Below, piece after piece: positions 1-12,830 of a stretch of DNA of 64,000 nucleotides. The position numbers and the translations under genes are program-made. A model generated the notes under the pieces. The model saw only the letters and a program-made list of their open reading frames with translations, was not told where the DNA came from and did not search any database. The stretch comes from Carcharhinus longimanus (lineage: Eukaryota): NCBI GenBank assembly GCA_030264375.1, contig JASCQW010000061.1:71288558-71352557 (forward strand), in the 5' to 3' direction. Each line of letters begins with the position of its first letter. The first letter of the stretch is position 1.

Positions 1-469
1 AAGATGACCAAGCTTCTACAAGTGCCAGGGAGAAACCAGGCAGTCAGCAAACAACACAATGAGAAGCAGCAGCAACATCTATGCTTAAACTGGACCTGTA
101 ACATAAGGTCTCCAAACCTGTTTGAAGGGACACCAGTACAGAAAACCAGCCTTTTAAACTACACCTAACTTTATGACCTCCTGAAAAATCCACGTCTTCG
201 AGGGAATCCTGCAACAACATTTAAGACTTTGATTATTGAATTCACCTAGCCACACAAGTGGAAAAGAACTCCTGTTTACCAGGACAATTACATGACTTGC
301 AAACTATTCCCTTGTTTGTAACTTGCAAACTCTTTAAATTTTTTTCATGTGTGCATGTCATAGCATTATATTTTTCAGGGTGAAAGTGTGAATAAACAAC
401 AATTTAAACTTTACAAAAGCTTGCCACTGGTTATTTAAATTGACTACTCTGCTTAAACACTTTCCTTTT

Positions 470-1750
470 TGAAGAAGATGATTATGGACAGTAAGGAAAA
501 AGAAAATGAGTTTCAGTTCTTTCAAATCAACATCTTTACTCCCAATTTGTTCTATCCTGCTTACTGGTTACATACTAGTAGGTTATTAAGGTTTTGACTG
601 CCATTCTATTTTTATTGTCTCTATGCAAGTCTTAATTTATTCTTCATTTTCTATTCAAACTCATTAATTTTGCCCCTGCTCCTGCTTGAAGAATTCACCT
701 GACCTCCTATCTCTTTTGTTTGTCCCTTATTTTCCTGATCAGTTCTAGCTGTTATTTCCTGGCCTTTCATCCTGAAATGTACTTGGTCTAGTCCTGAAAG
801 CATCTTCCTTGAAATTGTCAAACTGTTTAATATTTTTCTGGGCAAGATCCCCCTCCCCAATTAGTCCTCTTTTCCCCCAAGTTCTATATTAAATTTTTTC
901 TTGTTAGTTTCGGTTATCAATTTAACTCCTACCCACTTCTCCAACAGACACTTTGCCCAGCTTATTCCACAGCAGTGCCTCCTTCATAATTGGACTGAGG
1001 TAGTGCTGCTTAAAAGTTCTGCTGAACACATTTTAAAAATGTATTTCCCCTCCTATGCTTTTTATTTTGTTCTAACATTACCTTGACTTGTCTTTTGGAT
1101 GATTAGCTCCCCTGATGTCACTACATTATTCCCCTTGAACATCTGATTTGCTTTTCTATCTGTCATATGATGTTGTGGCCCATTGAACATCCCTAGTAGT
1201 GTTTAGTTTCTCAACTTTAAACAAATGTGTTTTTGAGTGACAAGGAGATCCTGTTTCCAACTGTACAATGTCTTTCCTGATCAATTCTATCAGCCACCTC
1301 CCTTAGTTTTCCTGAGCACATGTTCAGGTCTGTTGGCATCTGGAAATGTTGGCCCTGTTCTCTCTCCACAGATGCTGTCAGACCTGCTAAGATTTTCCAG
1401 CGTTTTTGAACAAGTCATTTTGTTTTAAATATGTGAGTTGTATTCCTTGTCTGCTCCTAACTGAAATGGTATTCCTTTCTTCTCTGGTACAATCCATTTC
1501 TTTTATACGCGGTCTTCCTTTTTTTTTCTTGTGCTGATGCCCATCCCCAGCCAATTTAGTTTAAACCCTCCCAAGCCACACATCCCTGCATTCCTGTTGA
1601 TATGCAACCCATTCCTGTTGAATATGGATGCCGTCTTTCTCGAACTAGTCTTTGTAGTTTTTGAATGAAATTGCTAGGCTTAGTTCTAGGCTCCTTTTGC
1701 TAATTTTCTCTACCTTGAAGGAGAGTGATGCAACCATTGTTTCCCTAATC
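470..1750 (-). mobile_element. Degraded CR1 LINE fragment (ORF1 3' end, endonuclease and linker region), interrupted by a short PLE-type repeat at ~1340-1420
   Basis: Minus strand shows the GAGGGTTTAAACTAA ORF1-end signature (~1555-1572), decayed EN motifs and a Lys/Arg-rich linker. Many stops. Confidence 0.6.
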
Positions 1751-2553
1751 AAACTGTAACTCCTTTCCATGCCAATGATATTGAAACGTAAAACTAACTT
1801 GGATATGCTGCAGTTAAAGCTTTGGAGCTACAAAAAAAACTGAACTGTTGTAGCATTTTGTTTAACAACAGCCACTGGGCTTGCTAAATTGTTTTTGCAT
1901 GGATCATTAAATTAATGGAATAAATTCATTCATTATAGTAAATTGAAATGACTCCCTTTTCTGATGGGTACCAACTTTGTATTGGGAAGGTGAAGACAGC
2001 ACCCAAGAGAAATGAATCAATGTTATGAAAAGTAACCATCTCTTAATGTAGTTCTCATTTGCATCATGAACTTCAACTTGAAGTCTGGCTAGGAAGAAGG
2101 AAGGGGAATGTTGCGTGCAATATTTGAACTTTGATTTCCTCTGATATTTCAGTGACTCTAGATTAACTGAATACAGTAAAATATGTGATTGCATTGAATT
2201 GAGGAGAAGGATATTTCTTGAGTTTTGTAAATAAATCATTACTCTGAAAAGGATACTTTATTCTAAATAATGTGTCATTAGACATAACTGTACACCTGAA
2301 CTATTTACTATGTCTTTTATCAGATGATTCTAAAACTATTCCACCAAGATTTGAGCAGTTATTTTCTTCTATGTCTGAAGATGATTGCCATTTGAATCAC
2401 TGCTCTGTTTTTTTTTTAACTATCACATCTCCCAGCTTTAAAGAGACTAAGGGTTGAACTCTCTTTGTGAGAACACAATCTTATTTACAGTTCCTGATTT
2501 TTTTTTTGTGTAGTAGGTCTTGAAACAAAATTATTTTGACTTTCCTTCATCAG

Positions 2554-2652
2554 ACTGCCAAGGCATTTCTTCCCAAGATGCTGGAAATGAACCATGGACA
2601 TATTGTGACAGTGGCAAGTTCCTTAGGGTTGTTCAGCACTGCTGGTGTTGAG
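2554..2652 (+). CDS. RDH10: RDH10 internal coding exon (likely exon 3), 99 nt: [33 protein letters not shown]
   Basis: Polypyrimidine tract with CAG acceptor at 2551-2553 and GTTAGT donor at 2653. Translation matches the SDR16C/RDH10 segment containing the catalytic Ser (VASS). Phase 0-0. Confidence 0.96.
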
Positions 2653-4943
2653 GTTAGTACCTTTTTAACTATTGCTCCAGAAAAATGTTCATTTTTTTTA
2701 GGTGTATTTTCTCTTTTTGAAGAACAAGCAATGCCTTAAGTGTCTAAAATCTAAAACATTCCACAATCCCAGATTGTTTTTGAAGTGAAATGCTTCATGT
2801 CTTGGTGTCTCAGCATATCAATTATATTTTCTAGTCAATATATAGTATCTTGCTATAATTGAGCAAATATCTAATATTAGAATTTAAGCAGCTAAAATAT
2901 TATTGTTTCGCATTGTGCAACACAGAATATGTTTGGAGGACTAGAAGATCTCATGATGGCAGCAGCGAAGGGGAAAAGAAAATTTGAAGCATTTTGCATG
3001 GACTCTCCCCCTCCTGGGCCTTTGTGTAATCAATGGAACTCAGTTACTAAGCTTTGAAACTGGTATTCACCCCACCCACCTCCAAAAGGTTGAACATTCC
3101 TAAGTTAGTGTTCAGCACTGAAACTGTATACCTTGATTTGAGTCTGTCTCTTTCCTCCCCCACCCTATGATTCCGACTGAATTTTTTTGAAACTAGTTTG
3201 GCAAGCAATATTTCCTTAATTTACAAATTAGTTACTGAACTGATAACACTATCCACCATTTTTAATGCCTCAGTCATCTCCTGTGTTGTCATATTCTGGC
3301 CTTTTTTGATTCCCTCTTCCTTGCATTGGGCCCCTTTTTTTTGTACAGCTGGTCAGCTATTCTCTTGTTTACATGTGCTCAACTTCAAATCCATTTACAA
3401 TGTTGTGCCACTGTGCTCCAATTAAGACAACTTTGTTCAGCCAAGCAGAAGAAAAAATGACTGAATAAGGAAAGGGAGGACAGCAAGCTCTTTCACATGA
3501 TGCTCTCTTATGCTCATTTGCTCTGTCTGTTTTTAAAGTTGCTATCAATGTAAGAATTGCCTTACTCCAACATATAACTGTTTTGCTGCCATTTCATCAG
3601 TAATTTGGTATGTAATAATGTTGCGCCTTTAAAACAAGTTCTAATACATAAAGCAAAGGAATTTAAGAAATTGTCTAAAGTACAGGAGGGTTCTGATGAT
3701 TAAAGAGTATCTTTAGTTCCCTTTTTATGAAGTACACTTATTATTTATCTAGTTAATTAATTTCCATAGTGCATCAAATGCACATTATTCTCCATGCTAC
3801 TAGAAAAGTTGACGAGTGAGATTTTTTATCATTTTTGTCTGTTATTGGACAGCTATGACACAGGAGCATTTCCTAAAAACTATCCAACTTAAATCTTGTA
3901 ACATCATAAGATTTGGCCCCTCAAGCCTGTTCTGATCAATTAGTAAGATCATGACTGAACTGATTCTAGTATCCATTTTCCTGCCTGCCCAGTCAGTGAC
4001 ATTTGGACATATTTGATCAAGAAAGATACCACTGAAACAACCAGTCAGCAGCAAGAATGTTCACACAAACTGACCTGTTACAAACACACTTAGGCCCACC
4101 CATATTCAGCTTTTCCAAGGAATTCTCAAGGTAGCAACTTCTCTTTCCAGAGCATTCTTTACATGGTGTAACTGTAAATTTGTTTTTCCCAATGTTACTG
4201 ATGTCCCCATGTAAACTTGCAAACAATTTTTAGATAATAAATAATTAGACTCTAGTGATGTTGTGGTACTCCACTACTTACAATTGCCAACCTGAGGGAC
4301 TCATTTATTCTGTTCCCTACAGCATCCACCTGTGCAGTAATTTGTAGTAAGGGTTAATGTGCGACATGGGCAAATGTACTGTCCACATTATGTAAAGAGT
4401 CACATGATAGACTATCTGTGGAAAGAGCAGGAGCGAACTCTGCATGAAGAAAGTACGTAGTTAGTGCTGTATCTTGGAGGCAAGCATGTATATAGTTGTG
4501 TGCTAACAGTACACAGTTTATGTTCAACCACAAGCCTCCAGGCCTCAGACACCAAACAACTTTTTAAACATGGTGGTGGCAGCAGGTGAAGATCCCCAAA
4601 ATATCAATGAAAACATCTGAGAGGTCAGGCTTTAGTGTTGTGCCTAAATCAAAGACAGGACTGGAGATTGCCTAAAAAGCTTCATTATAGGTGAAGAAGT
4701 GAAGGAAATTTCACTGTGTAGCTGAAAGGGACCCCACCAGTGCAAGTGTAGATCCACTGCCCAACCTGATCAGATGAAGTGTCAAAGGGTGAGAAAAATT
4801 CACTAAAAGGCTGAAGTAGCCTTTTAAAAATCAGAGCATGCTAATAACACTGCAGCTGGATCTAGAGTGTGTGCCATCCCATTCAGCTGAGCTAAATGCT
4901 CACCTTGAAATCAATTTTTGACACTCAGACCAACTTGAGCTCT

Positions 4944-5198
4944 GGGTGGCATGGTGGCCATGATTTGGCACTGTTACCTCACCACGCCAGGGACCTGGAT
5001 TCAATTTCCAGCTTGGGTTACTATTTGTGTGGGTTTCCTCTGGGTGTTCAGGTTTCCTCCCAGAGTCCAAAAGATGTGCTGGTTAGGTGCATTGCCCATG
5101 CTAAATTCTCCCTCCAGGCACTGGAATGTGCTGGCTAGGGGATTTTCTCAGTAACTTCCTTGCAATGTCAATGTAAAGCAATTTGTGATAATAAATAA
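4944..5198 (+). mobile_element. tRNA-derived V-SINE (HE1-like)
   Basis: tRNA-like head (A/B boxes), V-domain GTGGGTTTCCTC..GGTTTCCTCCC, and an AATAAATAAA tail. Confidence 0.85.
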
Positions 5199-5599
5199 AT
5201 TTTTTACTTTTCATGCCTAGGCCTACATGGACTCAAAACTGGGCATCATAGGAAAGTGAAATTTTAGGTTACAGGAGTACATCAGGATTAAGTAGGAAAT
5301 CAAAGGTGGTGCAAGTTAATACATTCTTGTAATTGAAATTTTTGACAAGGCATAGATGAATCCTCGACCACATGAGGTGTTAAAAGCCTTTTCACAACTA
5401 TTTTAAACTCCAAGTTGTGGAGACCATAGACTTTAAATAAAAGGTCTTGAATACCTCTAATAAAGCACCAAAAGTGCAAGGAGACTCCAGAGTGAGGAAT
5501 ATGGTATTTCACACAACCTTTTGAAAATTCTGACACAGTACCCAAACTGCAACAGCTAGTGGCAGTGCAGAGTGAACAGTTGGTTGTGAATGAAGGACG

Positions 5600-5698
5600 A
5601 AAAGGGATTGGTTTAGGTTAGTGGGTCATTGTTTTAACTGGTCGGCGCAACATCGTGGGCCGAAGGGCCTGTTCTGCACTGTAATCTTCTATGTTCTA
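5600..5698 (+). mobile_element. CR1-type LINE 3' tail fragment
   Basis: GGGCCGAAGGGCCTGTT...TTCTATGTTCTA terminal hairpin/repeat typical of CR1 3' ends. Confidence 0.7.
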
Positions 5699-6004
5699 AG
5701 GAATGTTATCTGGTGCAGTGCAAAAGCAACAAAACCTGCCAAAAAAAAATTATTTCATTGGAAAATGATCATATCAAAAGTGAGGTGGAAGAACGCAATC
5801 AGCACAACAAGCAGAAAAAATACTCAGCCTCTGCCCTGAAAGGCTTATTACATGAGCCTGGATAAACCTGAGAGCTTAATGTTGAATACAACTTGGGGGG
5901 GAAAAAAAGTTGCTTTGGAACTATCAAAGCACTGTGCATCTTGTCAGAGGTCAACAAGAAAATGAACAGCTAATTGTTCTTCACGATCAAATGTGAAAGG
6001 AATA

Positions 6005-6306
6005 CATAGTTATGGAACCCTACAGTGGAAGGAGGCCATTTGGCCCATCGAGTCTGTACTGGGCACAATCCCACCCAGGCCCTATTCCTGCAACTCCATG
6101 CATTTACCCTGCTAATCCCCATGACACTAGAATCAATTTGGCATAGCCAATCAACCTTATACATCTTTGGACTGTGGCAGAAAATTGGAGCACCCAGCGG
6201 AGATCTGTGCAGAAAGGGGTGGAATGTGTAAACTCCACACAGCAACACAAGGCTGGAATTGAACCTGAAACTCTGGCACTGAAGCAACAGTGCCAACCAC
6301 AGTGCT
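6005..6306 (-). mobile_element. tRNA-derived V-SINE (HE1-like) with CR1-type tail
   Basis: Reverse complement gives tRNA head, V-domain and GGGCCAAATGGCCTCCTTC tail. Confidence 0.85.
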
Positions 6307-7661
6307 GCTGCTGAAGACTATCTTGAACAGCAGAAAAAAAACGAGCCCTGAATTATGAGAAATCTCAATCGGGCAACTGAGCTTCACAAAGGAAAAGAAC
6401 TTGTTGAACAACATTCATGTGCTCCAAAGATCCCTCGAGTCGCCATTTGTTTGTCTGGAAAATCATGAGAAGCAAAATTTAATGTCACTATGCCAACTGG
6501 TTCTTTTTAGAGAAGATTCATCAATGCTCAATATTCCAGGAGGTAGCCAGAGGTACAATAACTGCCGAGCTGAAGGAAATGGTAGAACATTTAGAAAACA
6601 AGAAAAAAATCATTTCCAAAAATGCACATGAAGAAATGGAAAGCAAACTTGTTAATACTATGCATGGAAAAAGTGAAAGTATGCAGAGGTCAAACTACAA
6701 AGTGAAGGACTTCCAGAGGAAAAGGTATTCAAGTACAATAGCAACAAGAAGTAGAAAACTTAGCTCCAATTTGACAATCAGTGTTCACTCCCACTTTTGC
6801 AGCAGAACCAAGTGAAAGATCAGATGGAAACAGAGGTTGTTAGGCTGAAGAATCAGCTGACTAGTAAAGAAGAGGCATTAAATGGAAAGGTTTTCCAAGC
6901 CGAGCAGATACTGAAACCATGAGTAGCATGATCGCAGAACTGAAACAAATTGAGACTGTCAAAGACCAACCTGACTAAGTGAAGCATGAGGACAAAGCTC
7001 CTCTTATCTGCAGCAAATATCAATGTAATTCTGAAGAAAACACAGGATGCTTCAAACTTACTGAGAATCAATTAAGGTGTTGAAAATGATAAAGCTGGAA
7101 TGAAAACCAAAAATCTAGAATGGCAAAAAGATTTTCAAAGAAGTGTCTGGAGCAGCTGGTAGAAATAACATGGCATTTCCTTGTTTACTAATTACCTAGT
7201 TTTAATCCCAAAGCTTTAGCTACTGTTTTTCCTTTTGATATACTTTATTGCTTTTTTTGGTTTCTTTTATTCCCTGCTGATTTCTATTTGTTATACATAT
7301 ATACCTGTTCAGTTCCTGATAAAACCACTTAATTGGATTCAAATTCCATTCACTACTAGTGACATGACCAATGTAAAAGAAAATGCTTGATTCCAAAATA
7401 CTGACATGTATTAAATTTGATTTGCTTGGCACTTCCAAATGAAGCTGAAATGCTTCTGCTTGTTTTTCTTTCTTTCATTCATTCATTCATTCGGTAAGTG
7501 GCAGATTTACTAATGAAAGCATGATCTGTCTTGGTCACAGAAGATGAGTACTATTCACACAACTGGTAAACTTGTTGCCCATGAATCAAATGTGCATCAG
7601 TGGCTTTGATTATAATTGAAATAAAAACTGTTCTGAACTATAAATTTATCCTATCATTTAG

Positions 7662-7807
7662 GATTACTGTGCAAGCAAATTTGGAGCAATAGGATTTCAT
7701 GAATCCTTGAGCCATGAGTTGAAGGCATCAGAGAAAGATGGGATCAAGATGACACTTGTCTGTCCATATTTAGTGGACACTGGCATGTTTCGTGGCTGCA
7801 GAATAAG
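7662..7807 (+). CDS. RDH10: RDH10 coding exon (likely exon 4), 146 nt: [48 protein letters not shown](R)
   Basis: TTTAG acceptor and GTGAGG donor. Contains the SDR catalytic YxxxK motif (YCASK). Phase 0-2, compatible with flanking exons. Missed by the ORF track. Confidence 0.96.
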
Positions 7808-9084
7808 GTGAGGTGAACAATGAGCTGTTGAGTGCATGAAGTTTAAATTGTATATTTAATTACTGAATTAAAAGTCTGTTGTCAAAAAAATGATTTGTCT
7901 TCAGAGGAATGATGAGGGGTTAACTTCTGAGGAAATTTGACCTAGCACTTTGTATATCATTAGTTTACATTAAGCCACTTTAACCAGCTGTATTAAGGCT
8001 GGGTACACACTGTATAGTACAGGGTGTATTCCTTATTTATTCCCTTCAAAAGTATTTGGCAAAAGGAAGGAAAAGGTATTTTGGGGGTTAAGTAAAAATG
8101 CGTAGCTCAAGTGTTTTAACAGTTTTTGGAGTGTCACATTGCAATCAATTTTTTGGTATTTATTTGATAATGAAGTTTTGTGTTTTTAAATTCAGAATAA
8201 ATGCAGCATTGCCTTTTCATATTAGAATTTTCATGCCCATTTTTCTTGACCATAGAATCCTGATAGGCCATTCAGCCCATCGTATTTGCATCGACTATGA
8301 CCGAGTATCATACCCGGTCCCTTTTACACAGCGAACCCACAAAACGGCATTAAGATGAATCCCCAGTTGAAAGGGGAATGTTACCAAAGAATTTCTAGAA
8401 ATTGCTTGATTCTTTTCAAATAAGCATTCACTGAGAAGCAAATAGGACCTTTTGTTTACTGGCTCGTCTGACGCACAGTTCAGGTTACCACTTTCTATCT
8501 TAGCATCCCTCTCTTACAAAACATCAGCATATCTTCCAGTGCTACATTGTTCATATGTTTGGGTGCCAGGGTAGATCATGACAAGTTGATATTTAATGAA
8601 TGTAAGCCTACAGCATTCTGAAATAAAGGCGTAGCTGAAAACTGATTAGTTTTCCATGATGTATGTTTTGGTAATTGTGTCATTTATTTATAGCTGAAAG
8701 GCATTTGTGTTGATGTCTATTTATACCTCAGGTTTGACGCACCTGCAGCATTTCAGGATATGAAATTTATTTGTTACTTCAAGCCACAAAAATGTAGTGG
8801 GGCAACCACTAAAGCTTTCAAGTTAGGTTTGAGCAGTGCAGGTGTGTACCACTTCAGACATGGTGCTTCTGTTACTTACTTTTGCAATTAGAAGGAATAA
8901 GTAAACTGGACTTTCAGCAAGAATGCCTTGAGACCTGAGAATTCATAGCACTGATCACCACATGACTACAATAGGAACTTTCACTGGTAAACTAGAGAAT
9001 TAATCAAAAGAACCTTCAATTCATTAGCCCTACTTTCATAAAATAAAACTTGTATTTGCTTGAACAGATTTGGTTATCAGTTCT

Positions 9085-9369
9085 CTACAGAATCCCTACA
9101 ATGCAGAAAAGGGTCATTTTGACCCATCAAGCCTGTACTGACAACAATCCCTTGTATTTGCCCTGCTAATCTCCCTGACACTGAGGCAATTAAGCACAGC
9201 CAATCAACCTAACCTGCATATCTTTGAAATGTGGGAGGAAACTGGAGCACCTGGAGGAAACCCACACAAACATGGGAGAATATGCCAACTCCACACAGTG
9301 ACCCAAGCTGGGAAACGAACCCTGGTCCTTAGTGCTGAGGCAGCAGTGCTAACACCGCCACCGTGCCAT
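9085..9369 (-). mobile_element. tRNA-derived V-SINE (HE1-like)
   Basis: GGGAGGAAACTGGAGCACCTGGAGGAAACCCAC V-domain and tRNA head on the minus strand. Confidence 0.85.
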
Positions 9370-9999
9370 CTTTGATTTCATAAACTTCTTTGATATCTGA
9401 TCTAACCATTGTCTACTCTTTATACCAATTTAGCTATCCAAGGCTTTCAACATAACAGGAGAAAAGTGACATAAGGAATGAAATTAAAATATTCTTCGGT
9501 TTTTTTTAAAAAAAAGCCCTTCTTCCAAGCCTCATTTAGCTTTTCAATAAGTCAAGAAGTCTTTAATATTGCTGTTTTTATTGTCACTGATTTCATTCTC
9601 TACAAGAAGCCTCTGTTTGGTTCTTCCAGACTTTCTGTAGTTTGCATGTAGTTCTTCCTACTCCAATAGTAATGGTTTGAATTATTTGAAATGCAACTAA
9701 TTGTTTTTCACTTGTACAACTGGGTTTCTGATTTACATTTAGAACAAGCCGGTGATCAAGTAAAACTAGCTGTAGACACTCCTGAAATTGAAGGTTTATT
9801 AAACCTGTAGGGCAATTGCTAAATTAGTTCACTTCCAGCAGACTTTTAGGTCTTCTTTCATTTACACTCTGGCAATATTTCCTTTTAAGCTGCAACCTAT
9901 TCTACCTTTTTCCCCATATATTCCTTAGGCTTTTTGTTCACCAAAATCAATTGTGAAATTAAAATTAAGAACTATCTAACATCAATTGTCATTTGTGGA

Positions 10000-11040
10000 A
10001 GCAAATACCAGCTTTTGTATGTATAAGTGTTGCCTAATTTTGCTCCTGAAAGATCTAGTTCTAATTGTTTATTTCTTATGCAATTTCTATCTACACTCTG
10101 TTCCCTTTTGTATCTTAACCTTCAGTCGCATCATTCCTTGCATTTCCTGGCAGTCCTAGTTTGTATAATACAATATTCTGGTAAATTTGCATTGCACTCT
10201 CCAAGGCCAAGGTGTAGAGGGAGAATTACACTCTAATCTAGATATGATCCAACTGGGGCCTTTATAGTTGAAATATGAATTTGACCCCTTCTGTTATCCT
10301 CTAGGTACACAAGCAAGCATTCCATTAGTTTTAATTGTTCCTATCTGTTCATGTCATTTTAATGATCTGCATACCTGGACTCCCAAGTCTCTTTTGGACC
10401 ATTAATGTTTCTAGCATTACACTATTTAGAAAATAATACATTCTATCCTTTATTGTGTCCAAGTGGATGACCTCATTTGCTTGTATTGAAATACATTTTC
10501 CATAATTTTGCCCATTCACTTAAATAACAATAACAGGATATGCTTCCACCTACAATGTTTCGAGTATCATCGGCAAACTTAGATGTGTGGCTTTCTACCC
10601 CTTTGTCTAAGTAGTTAATGAGTACAGTGACTACTTAAGGCCACGATTACAGATTCTTACAGATCAGCGTTTGTCACATTCTACCAATTATTACAGATTT
10701 AACTATTGTTCCTATTCTCTATCTCTTGCTACTAAACAAATTTCTTAACCAGGGAAATAGTTTGCCTTCACCGCTAAGAGGCTGTTAGCATTGATTTCCC
10801 TAAAAGCCTTCTGAAAATCTGTGCAAATAATATCAATAAACATTTTCCTATCCAATACTTGAGTCACTCGTTCAAAACAATCAGTCAGATTCATCATGGA
10901 ATGATCTCTTTTCAAATCCAAACTTGACTCTCTGATCATCTGACTTTTAGATATTCCATTGCCATATCCTTAACCATAGACTAGCAATTTCATAGCAGAT
11001 ATTGGGGTAACAGGTGTATAATTTCTTGCTTTCCCAAACC
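10000..11040 (-). mobile_element. Degraded CR1 LINE reverse-transcriptase fragment
   Basis: Minus-strand DFQKAF and KFADD motifs (10745..10939 ORF; GTATCATCGGCAAACTT at ~10565). Frameshifted. Confidence 0.7.
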
Positions 11041-11054
11041 TGTGCTCAATCAAG

Positions 11055-11350
11055 GGAAATGGTGGTAATGTCACTGGACTAAATCCAGAGGCCCAGGCTC
11101 TTGGTCACTATTTCCAATCCTACTGTGGTAGCTGTAGGGATTTAAATTGAGTTAGTTTCATGGCCATCATTACGGAGACTACTGTTTGTCAGAAAAACCT
11201 ATCTGGTTCTTGTTTTTTTGAGGAAGGAAATCTGCCATCGTTGCCTTGTCTATATCACTCCAGATCCACCACAATGTGGTAGGCTTTAAACTGCCCTGCA
11301 ATCACTCCGTTATGAGCAATAATTGCTGGCCTTGCTAGCAAAGCCTACAT
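11055..11350 (+). mobile_element. SINE with RTE-like 3' tail
   Basis: tRNA-like head, GGAAGGAAATCTGCC core, and a tail resembling the RTE-like LINE 3' ends elsewhere in the window. Confidence 0.55.
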
Positions 11351-11399
11351 TTGAAAAACGTTGGTACCTTGAATCTGGTTTCTGTCCCTACTGATTTTA

Positions 11400-12830
11400 T
11401 CAAAATCACAGTTGACGTTATGTAACTGTGAATAAGGTAAACTATCCCTCATTCTTTCCCTGTCTGCAAACTTTGAAATGGGTGACAACATCATCCTCCT
11501 TCAACACCTCTCCAGTGTTATCCAGTTGGGTGGGACTGCACTTGCCCTTTTCAGTCTAATCATAGTAAGAAGTCTCTCAATACCAGATTAAAGTCCAACA
11601 GCTTTACTTGACAGCAAAAGCCACTAGCTTTCGGAGCGCTTGCTGCTTATGGATATTGATCACCTGATGGAGCAGTGAGCACTCCGAAAGCTAGTGACCT
11701 TTTGCTATCAAATAAACCTGTTGGACTTTAACCTGGTGATGTGAGATGTCTTGTGTTTACACCAGTCCAATGCTGGCATCTCCACATCGGGTCTAATCAT
11801 AGCCAGAGTGTCAATTTCATTGATTTTTTTTTTTCTTCCTGCTCCTGCATTGTTACTGCAGAGTATAAAACAATGTTGGATAAACTCAGCAGATTCAACA
11901 GATGCTACCGGATCCAGCATTTTCTGTTTTTATTTCAGAATTGCAGCATTTTGCTATTATCTTGAGTGGGCCAAGGGGCACCCCAGTTATCATCATGCCA
12001 CCTCTTGGTTGTGATATCCAAAAAGTGTTATTTTTCACATCAGTGCTGACAATACCCAACTGTATGTCACTGCCAACCCTCTATACCTCAACTATCTCCT
12101 TGTTGTCATATTACTTATCAAAAATCAGTATTGAATAATAGAAATTTCCTCATTTAATATTTGGATGACACAAGCTTTGTCCATGCCACGAAAGCTGCAT
12201 TCTAGCCACCACCTCCCTCTCTCATCCTGGGAACTACGTTGAACCAAACTGCTAGCAAACATGTTTTGTAGTTGACCACAAAGAACCTACATCCATGTTA
12301 ATCCCACTAATAAAACCATCTATTTCCAACTCTGACATTGACATTGCCTGACTTGCTGCTGGTACAGAAGCCTTTGTTCATGGCTTTGTTATTTCTAAAC
12401 TTGACTATTCTAACATGCTGCTGGCTAGTTTCATGAATTCTGCTCTCCATAAACCAAGGTCATCCAAAACTTCCAGTATCTTTGCCTCCACCAACTCTGT
12501 TCATCCATTTGGAAGTCAGTGTAGGTCAATCAGCAGTACTTTAGTTTTAATTTTTGTTTTCAAATCCTTTACATGGCCTTGCCACCTCTATCTGTGTTTA
12601 TTGAATTTGGGTGTTTTTAAGCATCTGTAATTGTAATGGCACTGTTGGCTGCCGAGGTCCTTTGCTCTAGAATTCCCTCAAAATCTCATCTTTCCTTTTT
12701 TTAAGGTGCTCCTTTAAATCCACCTCTTCGATCAAACTTTTGGTCATCTGTCTTAATATTACCTGTCTTTATGTATAACACTTTGAAGTGCCTTGCAATG
12801 TACATTAAAAACACTGCATAAATACAAGTG
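11400..12830 (+). mobile_element. Degraded L2 LINE 3' half, interrupted by PLE-derived mini-elements
   Basis: Decayed DLSAAFDTVDH-like (~11460-11500), YADDTQLY-like (~12040-12065) and LVHxFVxSxLDYSN (~12373-12414) motifs. L2-type tail near 12820. Confidence 0.7.
11566..11790. mobile_element. ~225-bp palindromic Penelope-derived mini-element with degenerate minimal hammerhead motif
   Basis: Long inverted arms (ACCAGATTAAAGTCCAACAG / CTGTTGGACTTTAACCTGGT), ~35-nt unpaired 3' tail, and a 12-bp flanking duplication GTCTAATCATAG (11554-11565, 11791-11802). Confidence 0.75.

Larger units (their letters stand above)
4343..7170 (+). mobile_element. Degraded Gypsy-type LTR retroelement: 5' LTR (~4343-4570), PBS-like TGGTGG..GCAGC at 4571, decayed gag-like interior, split by SINE insertions
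   Basis: TG...AACA followed immediately by a TGG primer-binding-like site. A-rich interior with QVNT and xxxVV(G)-like gag remnants at 5300-5590. Confidence 0.5.

Noticed and set aside
2536-2739. 67-aa ORF as a standalone gene
   Set aside because: Only 2554-2652 is coding (RDH10 exon). The rest is read-through into intron.
4944-5020. tRNA gene
   Set aside because: tRNA-derived SINE head continuing into a V-domain. No intact cloverleaf.
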